From positions 506 to 64,505 of the forward strand of contig JAGGZK010000042.1 of assembly GCA_021162065.1 (NCBI GenBank): a stretch of DNA of 64,000 nt. Reading direction: 5' to 3'. The notes beneath the pieces were generated by a model that did no database searches, was not told the DNA's origin, and saw only the letters and a program-made list of their open reading frames with translations. The DNA comes from Thermoplasmata archaeon (GTDB lineage: Archaea; Thermoplasmatota; E2; UBA202; JdFR-43). Positions within the stretch are counted from its first letter, which is position 1. Each line of letters begins with the position of its first letter. This document shows positions 56,730 through 64,000 of this stretch, in pieces. A program made the position numbers and the translations under genes.

Positions 56730-58201
56730 TAGAGATTGTAATCGCAATTTTTGCTGTATGGGTCATTATTCTGTATGCTGCCAGAAGATGGGGGGAAAAA
56801 TACGGTATGGACATATCCGGCCCTCTCCTGATGTGGAAGACGGAGAAGGGGAAGAAACTGATTGACAGAATCGCCCGCAGAAAGGGATGGAAGGTGTATG
56901 GCAACATCGCCATCATGGTGGCGGTGGCGGCCATGTTCGCCACATCCTATCTGATAGTGATGAATGTCGTCATCTCCTTCCAGATTTCTCCTGAAAATGC
57001 CCCGTCGCCCCGTCTCATGCTGGGCATTCCCGGAATAAATCCCATAATACCCATCGGTTATGGTATAATTGCCCTTGCCATTGCCATAATAATCCATGAG
57101 TTTTCCCACGGCATCCTTGCAAGGTTTGAGAGAATAAAGGTGAAGGCGCTGGGTCTGGTTTTTCTTATAGTTCCGATAGGCGCCTTTGTGGAGCCGGATG
57201 AGGGGCAACTCCAGAAGGTGAAGAGGGCCAAGAGGGCAAGGGTTTTTGCCGCAGGTCCCACCTCCAACATAATACTGGCTATCGTATGCATTCTTCTCCT
57301 CTCCTTTGTTTTCGCCCCCGCCATAACCCCGAAGGAGGAGGGGGTCATCCTTGCCCAGGATTTTGGAGGGGTGGAGAGATGGAGCGTTATTGTTGCCATA
57401 AATGAGGTAAAAGTATCTACATCCTCCGCCATAGAGAAAATGTTGAAGGGGGTGAAGGCGGGAGAATTCTATAAGATTGAGGTGAGGAGGGATGGAAACG
57501 AGATAAACATAACCATTCCTCGAGGGATATATGTGGCAGAGGTTGTGGATAACTCGCCAGCCGATGGAAAAATACAGAAGGGGAGCATAATATGCAGGAT
57601 GAACAACGAGAGCATGTTGAACCAGAGCACATTCCTTGATTTCATGGGCTCCATGAGGGCCGGAGAGAGTGTTAACATATCTCTTTACTACAATGGTAAC
57701 TTTTCCACCATTTCGGTAACACTGGCGGATCGCTACGACTTTGTGGGCGATGAAAAGGGGAAGGGTTTTCTGGGGATACAGGCATACGGAATTGAGGATG
57801 TAATAATAGATGAATCCTATTTCTCTTCCATCTACAACCCCCTGAAAGGGCGATTTCTGCCATACCTTGCCCTGCCGTTTATGGGTCTCTCTCCTCCTCC
57901 AGAGGAAATAATGGATTTGTACACCCCCTCACCCCTCTTCTGGAGCATCTACAATCTTCTCTACTGGATATTCTGGCTCAATTTTGCCGTTGGAACCTTT
58001 AATGCCCTTCCCGCAATACCCCTGGATGGGGGTTACATATTCAGGGATGGGGTGAGCTATCTGTTCTCATTATTCCCCAGAACCAGAAAGAAGGCAGAGA
58101 AGATTTCATCCATGGTGGCGAGTGCAATCTCAGTGATGCTTTTCATATCTGTATTCGCGATAATTCTAATACCCCGCCTCAGGGAGATTATCTCCTTCTG
58201 A
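56726..58201 (+). CDS. Site-2 protease (peptidase M50) with PDZ domain
   Basis: IIHEFSHGILA HExxH in a TM helix, an internal PDZ-like segment, and the C-terminal LDGG motif (PAIPLDGGY). 4-bp overlap with the DUF373 gene. Confidence 0.8.
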   Translation: MIEIVIAIFAVWVIILYAARRWGEKYGMDISGPLLMWKTEKGKKLIDRIARRKGWKVYGNIAIMVAVAAMFATSYLIVMNVVISFQISPENAPSPRLMLGIPGINPIIPIGYGIIALAIAIIIHEFSHGILARFERIKVKALGLVFLIVPIGAFVEPDEGQLQKVKRAKRARVFAAGPTSNIILAIVCILLLSFVFAPAITPKEEGVILAQDFGGVERWSVIVAINEVKVSTSSAIEKMLKGVKAGEFYKIEVRRDGNEINITIPRGIYVAEVVDNSPADGKIQKGSIICRMNNESMLNQSTFLDFMGSMRAGESVNISLYYNGNFSTISVTLADRYDFVGDEKGKGFLGIQAYGIEDVIIDESYFSSIYNPLKGRFLPYLALPFMGLSPPPEEIMDLYTPSPLFWSIYNLLYWIFWLNFAVGTFNALPAIPLDGGYIFRDGVSYLFSLFPRTRKKAEKISSMVASAISVMLFISVFAIILIPRLREIISF

Positions 58202-61200
58202 TGTAGAGGAATGCTATGCACACCAGCAGGAACAGGACGAAAGGTGGAATAATCCATATCGTCTGGCTTTTTATTTCTCCTCCAGAGGCAGCATAGGCGA
58301 CGAGCTGTTTCGTTGCAGGATCGTAATAATGGTCGTATTCTCCATCTCCATTGGAATCAAAGAATATTTCATCTATCCCATCATCGTTCTTGTCCTGCAT
58401 CATCACATCCCTTGTTATGTTGGCATCCCTGTCCCAGTAGACGTAATCTCCCTGCTCCTCAACCCACTCAACCCACAGGAGATATCCTATTTGACCGTCA
58501 ATACTCACGTTTATGGTTCCCGTGGCATTTGTGGGATCGGAGCCAATCTCTCGCTCTATAATGTCAGGGACATCATCCATGTCGTAATCCGAGGGGATGG
58601 TGAAGTAGTATGTGGATGAGATGTTGAAGTTTTCATTGGCTGAGGAATCAACGGCCTTTATGTAATAGTAATACTCTCCCGGCTTGGCATAACTCGTCTT
58701 GAAATAGTATATGTTGTTCTCTCCGCCCTTCATCTCATGTGATTCCTCATTTCCTTCATCCCCTATAACTATTATTGCCTCCTTTATGCCCGTTTCATCG
58801 CTTATGTATGCGGAGATGTTAACATCTCCCTTCACCACCTGCCTTCCGTCCGGTGGGTCTATGGAGACGGCCTTTATCACCGGCCCATCGGTTTCGATGC
58901 CTTCATAAACTATTCTGATTTGCCTCTCTCCGCTCTCGGCCATGTTGGGCACCGTTGCCGTGTCCCACGCTCTTATGAGAATGGTATAATATCCGACATT
59001 ATTGAAGGAGAGAGAGAAGGAATACAAGTCGGTGGTTCCAACCCTTTTCATGCAGTAGGAGGATTCCTTGCTTCCATTCAATATCACCACCATGGCCTTG
59101 TCTATGGTGGTGTCCTCATCATATATGGTGGCGGATATATTCACACTATTTCCCATGCTCTGAATCGCCGGCTCTATGGTTATATCATCTATGACAGGAG
59201 GAGTTAAGTCATCCTCTCCTCCCACCTTTATGTCCTTTATGACCGTATTATCTGCGGTATTCTTCTCCTCGTCACAGGATACCTCCACCATTATGGTGTG
59301 CACCCCTTCCTTTTCAGCCGTCCATGGATAGAAGACCTTTATCCAGTTCTTTGCCTCTATAAACTCCTCGATACTTTTCTCGGTAACGAGAACGAATTTC
59401 CCTCCCTTCTCCTCAAAGATTCTTATGCTGGCGGTGGTGTTTGCATGGCCGGCGTTATGAACTATTATGGATATGTTCACCGTTTCATTTATTCCGGGAT
59501 GACTCGGGGAGAAGAGAATGTCCTCGGCAGTTATCTTCAAATCCGGTTTTGCCTCCACCGTTATGAAGTCGGGATACCAGTTATTATTCATGTTTGACTC
59601 CGGTATCGCCCCATTTTCGTTTATCCTTGCGACAACCTTCCATTTTCCTTCTCCATCATCCGTTCCATAGGTGGCGAGCCATGAGAAGTCAACCTTTTTG
59701 CTTTCACCCACAGCAAGTCCCGCTATGGACTTCTTCATCCTTATGTGCTCACCATCCTCCTGATATACTGTGAGTGTGATATTTATGGGCGTGTCCGCAT
59801 CCACGGATTTCTTCCCCTCATTTTTAACATACACGGTGAAATTGATGGTTTCTCCCTCCTTTATGGTGGAGGGATGCTCTATCTTGTAAACATCCAGGTC
59901 TGCCGCCTCGTCCACATCAATGGCTATGCTCCTCTCAATTCTGTAATCAGAGCCATCCGCCATTATTATGTCAAGTCTCCATCTTCCCTTCTCCGCATTT
60001 CCGTAGAAAGTGTAGAAGTTGTCCAGACTCCATTTAGTTCTGTCCGTTGCATTGAAGGGCGTGAAGGAATAGCCGAGGTCGTCGATGTAAATGGTTCCCT
60101 CGCTTCCAGTTTCCTTGGCCACCATTCGAATCTCCACAGCGGTTACCCTTCCTCCTTCCCTTCTCCATGAATTCAGAACCGCGGATGGAATATCATATCT
60201 GTGCCACTCCCCGTCTCCCTCCAAATCATTTAAATAAACATGGTAAAATCTCGGCTTTGAGCCGATGGTGAGGAGTGTGTAGTTCAGCATTACATACGCC
60301 GATGATTTCTCCACATTGTACCAGAAATACAACTCGGGAATTTCGGAAAGGGATATGCCATAGGTTATGTTCTGTCTGAAGCCCGCAACATCACCGGGCT
60401 GCACCTCTCTGTTCTGATAGTTCCAGTTGCCCTCGTAATTGCTGAATCTCAACTCCACGGCGCGCTCGCCGGTGTGCACAACGCTGCTCTGCAATTTGGA
60501 GGATGTGGTTTTTTCATTGGAGGAATAGACGTAGGTGTAGTATTCCTCCTCGAAACTGGGATCCGGAAGGGGCATGGAGGTTTTTACAACCTTTGATGAT
60601 GGGGAATATAATTTTGCCATTACTTCTCTGGGGGCGGCAACGCTGTTCACCTCTATATGTTCTATGGTGTCCATGCCATCCACTCCGGCAACATAATACT
60701 GGGGGCTGTCATCCATGTCACTCCACCATCCATGGGTGTTATTCTGGAATATATGAATTTCAGCATCGGGGGTCTCTATCCAGAAGGAGTCAAGATATGC
60801 AACAATTTCACGCTGCTCCGTTGATATACTTGAATCGGTTATCTCCACCTTGAATGAAACTGAAACCGAACCCTTATTTCTGAAATATGAGGTAACATTC
60901 TTTGTCACCTCTATCCACCCTCCTGTGGAGGTGCCGCTTTCTATGGACTCGCCGTCCAGCATGAGATGCCACTGCACTCCGTCCAGGTCAAAAATGGTGA
61001 ATATCTTTGCATGGAGGATGTAATAAGTTTTTCCGCCATCCGGCACGTCTATTGTCTGGTATATCTTGGCATAGCCGGGCATCCATATGTATCCATTTCC
61101 CATCATCCCCTTGGAGTATATCCTGTAGCACTTGTCCTTTTCCACAGGGTCATCGGCATACCCGATCTCCCATTTTATGCTGCCCTCCGTGGTATTCTTC

Positions 61201-62099
61201 CACTGGGTGGAATATATGTCTTCAAATTCGCCGTTCTTGAATCCCGCCTTTATCCTTGCAAACTCCCCCCTCTTGTTACCATTTTCCACCGTATCCCAGT
61301 AAATGTAATAACATCTCCTCTCATGAGGGCTTAGGCTGCCCTCCATGGTCCATATCACAGTCACATTGGCATTTTTTACGGCATCATAGTCATCGGAAAG
61401 TATGATTTCCCTTCCAACGTTTCTCTCCACCTTCCAGGTATCGTTGTCAAGAGAATATTCTATGACTCTGACGGAAGGCGGGTAGAAGGTTCTTTTTGCA
61501 AAACTCCCTGCCTGGAGGTAGGATATATTGTCCATGAGGCGGGTGAAGTTTATGGTGCAGTAAACCATCTTGTCGCTGTAAACGAAATTCTCCCTCTCTC
61601 CCATCATGGATGCGGTCACGGGAACGCGATAATGCCAGTTACTGTCCCACCACTCAGCCTTTTCAGGTGAGGGAGGAAAGGGAGGATATATGGGTTTCTG
61701 CACCTCCACCTCTATGCTTATCAGATTGTTATCCTCATTTTCCTCCTCTATGCGGCTGTTGTAATCGGCAAATATGAACAGGGTGTGGCTTCCCTCCCTG
61801 GCCATCCAGTAAAGGCTCACATACTGCTTTTCCCCCTCTCCAAGGGATGATATTTCCACCTCGTATACCGCCTCGCTCCTGTTATCCACGTAGAGAGCAA
61901 CGCCTATATCTTCCGCTGCCGCACCGCTGTTGCCCACGGTTACGTTAAGTATTACCTGATCCCCTTCATAGATGTCCGTGGAGGAGAGGCTTACATCTCC
62001 CACATATATATCTGGCAGGCCCTGAGAAACTGCCGATGGCGCAATGGAGGATACAAGAAGCACTAATGCGACTAATATTATTTCTCCCTTCAATTTCAC
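58188..62099 (-). CDS. Giant (1303 aa) surface protein with CARDB/Ig-like and beta-sandwich domains and a C-terminal TM anchor (possible S-layer or sheath component)
   Basis: Signal peptide MKLKGEIILVALVLLVSSIAPSAVSQG. Multiple CARDB-like segments (VILNVTVGNSG, INFTVYVKNEGKK, VNISIIVHNAGHAN). An acidic DxDxDG-like tract near the C-terminus. Terminal IIPPFVLFLLVCIAFLYIRRR. Confidence 0.55.
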   Translation of the reverse strand: MKLKGEIILVALVLLVSSIAPSAVSQGLPDIYVGDVSLSSTDIYEGDQVILNVTVGNSGAAAEDIGVALYVDNRSEAVYEVEISSLGEGEKQYVSLYWMAREGSHTLFIFADYNSRIEEENEDNNLISIEVEVQKPIYPPFPPSPEKAEWWDSNWHYRVPVTASMMGERENFVYSDKMVYCTINFTRLMDNISYLQAGSFAKRTFYPPSVRVIEYSLDNDTWKVERNVGREIILSDDYDAVKNANVTVIWTMEGSLSPHERRCYYIYWDTVENGNKRGEFARIKAGFKNGEFEDIYSTQWKNTTEGSIKWEIGYADDPVEKDKCYRIYSKGMMGNGYIWMPGYAKIYQTIDVPDGGKTYYILHAKIFTIFDLDGVQWHLMLDGESIESGTSTGGWIEVTKNVTSYFRNKGSVSVSFKVEITDSSISTEQREIVAYLDSFWIETPDAEIHIFQNNTHGWWSDMDDSPQYYVAGVDGMDTIEHIEVNSVAAPREVMAKLYSPSSKVVKTSMPLPDPSFEEEYYTYVYSSNEKTTSSKLQSSVVHTGERAVELRFSNYEGNWNYQNREVQPGDVAGFRQNITYGISLSEIPELYFWYNVEKSSAYVMLNYTLLTIGSKPRFYHVYLNDLEGDGEWHRYDIPSAVLNSWRREGGRVTAVEIRMVAKETGSEGTIYIDDLGYSFTPFNATDRTKWSLDNFYTFYGNAEKGRWRLDIIMADGSDYRIERSIAIDVDEAADLDVYKIEHPSTIKEGETINFTVYVKNEGKKSVDADTPINITLTVYQEDGEHIRMKKSIAGLAVGESKKVDFSWLATYGTDDGEGKWKVVARINENGAIPESNMNNNWYPDFITVEAKPDLKITAEDILFSPSHPGINETVNISIIVHNAGHANTTASIRIFEEKGGKFVLVTEKSIEEFIEAKNWIKVFYPWTAEKEGVHTIMVEVSCDEEKNTADNTVIKDIKVGGEDDLTPPVIDDITIEPAIQSMGNSVNISATIYDEDTTIDKAMVVILNGSKESSYCMKRVGTTDLYSFSLSFNNVGYYTILIRAWDTATVPNMAESGERQIRIVYEGIETDGPVIKAVSIDPPDGRQVVKGDVNISAYISDETGIKEAIIVIGDEGNEESHEMKGGENNIYYFKTSYAKPGEYYYYIKAVDSSANENFNISSTYYFTIPSDYDMDDVPDIIEREIGSDPTNATGTINVSIDGQIGYLLWVEWVEEQGDYVYWDRDANITRDVMMQDKNDDGIDEIFFDSNGDGEYDHYYDPATKQLVAYAASGGEIKSQTIWIIPPFVLFLLVCIAFLYIRRR

Positions 62100-62130
62100 A
62101 CCCCTTTAATCTAATTTTTGGTTATATAAT

Positions 62131-63348
62131 TTATGGTATATATGGGATGAAAGCCAGTATATCCATTTCATCCCTCGCAACTTCATCACCATATGCGTAA
62201 ACCTTTATATAATGTTTGCCAAAGGTGAAGGAGTTAACCGTCCACTCATAGGGCGGCGAATACACCCATTTCCACATTCTGTCATCCATGGCGAATATCA
62301 CCTTGTCCACATCTCCATCCACCTCCGCAACCACGTTCACATGTCCTATTATTACCGTAATCCCCCTCATCCCCAGATACCATGTCCTCACAATTATGGG
62401 AATTATGGGCCTGCTGAATATGTAGAGATAGCCCTCCTTTGGCTCCTTTATTTCCACATATGTTTTTATCTGCTTATCTCCCATCTCTGCCATCACGGCA
62501 GCAAAAAGCTTGGCCACCTTTGCGGCATAGGTGAAATTTATTTTGTCTATGCTGTCCTCTGGAGAGTGGCCGTAGGGGTAGCTGTCGTAATGGGCTATGA
62601 ATATGGCATCATATCCATAATCTATGTATGCCTCATGGTCGCTTCCAGGATAATTTGGGACCCGCTCCACATTCAGCCCTATGAGGTCATGGTATTTTTC
62701 CGCAGTATTGATGACAAAATCCGTCAAATTTTTTCCTCTTTCCGTTTCAAAAATTCTAATGTATTTTCCTCCCTTCTCTGTTTCGGCATATCCCACCATA
62801 TCGAGGTTGTAAACCCCTATTATTTTTTCTCCCTTAGCATATGCATCCATGGCATAGCTGTAACTGCCGTAGGTGCCCTCCTCCTCCCCCGTATATATTA
62901 TGAATTTAAGTGTATGCAAAAAGTGGTAGTGGCTTAGTATCCTTGCAATGGTCATCACCACCGCCACGCCCGAGCCGTCATCATCGGCCCCTGGAGAGGT
63001 GGGGACTGCATCAATATGGGCTCCAATTATAATGGTGTAGTTATCCTCCCCTTTTAGGGTAGCCACTATGTTCCTATCCTCAAAACCGCTCATTTTCCAT
63101 TCATGATACTCCACATCCAGCCCCATACTTTCAAATTTTTCATATACCCACTCCTCGGCCCTCCTGCACTCCTCACTTCCTGTATATCTCACTCCAAATC
63201 TCTCAAGATTGGATAGGTAATACTCCACCGCCCCCGGCGTTATCTCCCCTATTATCTTTTTAGTCGCCCCATCATCCCCGGCGGCGGGCATGAGAGGCGC
63301 CACCAGAAGAATCGCCGCCACAAACGCCATGAATGCCCTGTATCCCAT
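62131..63348 (-). CDS. Secreted M28 family metallo-aminopeptidase
   Basis: Signal peptide. HIDAVPTSPGADDDGSGVAVV (the GAxDxxSG M28 zinc-site signature). Sits 31 bp upstream of the giant surface protein gene on the same strand. Confidence 0.75.
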   Translation of the reverse strand: MGYRAFMAFVAAILLVAPLMPAAGDDGATKKIIGEITPGAVEYYLSNLERFGVRYTGSEECRRAEEWVYEKFESMGLDVEYHEWKMSGFEDRNIVATLKGEDNYTIIIGAHIDAVPTSPGADDDGSGVAVVMTIARILSHYHFLHTLKFIIYTGEEEGTYGSYSYAMDAYAKGEKIIGVYNLDMVGYAETEKGGKYIRIFETERGKNLTDFVINTAEKYHDLIGLNVERVPNYPGSDHEAYIDYGYDAIFIAHYDSYPYGHSPEDSIDKINFTYAAKVAKLFAAVMAEMGDKQIKTYVEIKEPKEGYLYIFSRPIIPIIVRTWYLGMRGITVIIGHVNVVAEVDGDVDKVIFAMDDRMWKWVYSPPYEWTVNSFTFGKHYIKVYAYGDEVARDEMDILAFIPYIP

Positions 63349-63515
63349 GCCAATACATCCGAAGAATGTTTATATCTCTTATGTTGATTTAATGAAAAAT
63401 TTATGGACTGAAGAAAAGTTGCTGGCATGATTATATGGCAGGCTAAGCTCTCCTCCACGAGCCACAAATCTGCAATAACTTTAAATATGCATAAAATCTT
63501 TCTTTAGTGATTGGC

Positions 63516-64000
63516 ATGGAGGAGATATACGGAATTGAAGAGTTTAAAGCAAATTTTAGGAAAGTAATAGATGAGATAGACATGATTGTCAAAGGTGCTT
63601 ATAAGGAGAAGGAGGCCCTTGAAAAACTAAAAAGAATTTTTTCCGATGAGCAGATAACCCGCCTCGAAGAGCTTATGGAGGCCATGAGAAAAAGGATAAA
63701 CGATGCTGAAGAGAGGGCGCTGGCATCCCTGCAGGAGGCCGAGAGATACAAAAATGAACTGGAAAAGGAGAAGATGCGACTGGAGAAGTTGTGGGATGCC
63801 TACAAGAAGCAGGAAGACGAATTCATGGAAAAGGACGCAAGGATAGCCGAGCTGGAGAGCATGATGGAGGAGAAGGACAGGGAGATTGAGGAACTCAGGA
63901 AGCAGATAGGCGAGATGCAGGAGCTGAAGGAGAAATATGAGATTCTTGATATGCTCAAAAAGGAACTGGCGGAGAAGCAGAAGGAACTGGATGAACTCAA
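63516..64000 (+). CDS. Coiled-coil protein, N-terminal 161 codons only; the ORF runs off the window end
   Basis: Open frame from the ATG at 63516 to the window edge. Heptad-rich E/K/L sequence (LEKEKMRLEKLWDAYKKQEDEFMEKDARIAELES...). Not in the ORF track because it has no stop within the window. Confidence 0.45.
   Translation, partial: MEEIYGIEEFKANFRKVIDEIDMIVKGAYKEKEALEKLKRIFSDEQITRLEELMEAMRKRINDAEERALASLQEAERYKNELEKEKMRLEKLWDAYKKQEDEFMEKDARIAELESMMEEKDREIEELRKQIGEMQELKEKYEILDMLKKELAEKQKELDEL

Overview
This 64-kb window looks like core archaeal (euryarchaeal-type) chromosome with roughly 45-48% GC and densely packed genes on both strands. Many gene pairs overlap by 4 bp (ATGA), which fits translational coupling. 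I found no transposase, integrase, CRISPR array or prophage genes.

The content is dominated by information-processing genes. These include EF-1alpha, ribosomal protein S10 and tRNA-Ser in the usual order; aIF5B; the aIF1A, Rio1 and KH(Dim2) trio; Csl4, RpoL and TruD; TFS; MBF1; an XPD helicase; MetAP; a methanogen-type seryl-tRNA synthetase; tRNA-Lys; and an RNase P RNA that the ORF track cannot show. Nucleotide metabolism genes are present (pyrG, pyrB and pyrI, rpiA), as are tRNA-modification genes (Trm5, diphthine synthase, a YrdC-type Sua5, Pcc1, and an MtaB-like methylthiotransferase). The cell-division gene ftsZ is preceded by a small ribbon-helix-helix (RHH) gene of the CdrS type.

The accessory-looking parts are four:
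- A three-gene cluster encoding a SerB-like HAD phosphatase, a GT55-like glycosyltransferase and a GT81-like glycosyltransferase, which looks like a glycosyl-glycerate compatible-solute pathway.
- A phased array of YGGACA/TGTCCG half-sites immediately upstream of the RHH-ftsZ pair.
- An unusually large set of secreted or surface proteins and peptidases: two C25 gingipain-like proteins, TldD/PmbA, M28, M42, a pyroglutamyl peptidase with a signal peptide, a transglutaminase-like protein, a class C beta-lactamase-like protein, a site-2 protease, and beta-helix, FG-GAP and CARDB-like surface proteins including a 1303-aa giant.
- Several hypothetical genes.

I could run no database search. All family assignments come from motifs and remembered homologies, and the confidences are set accordingly.
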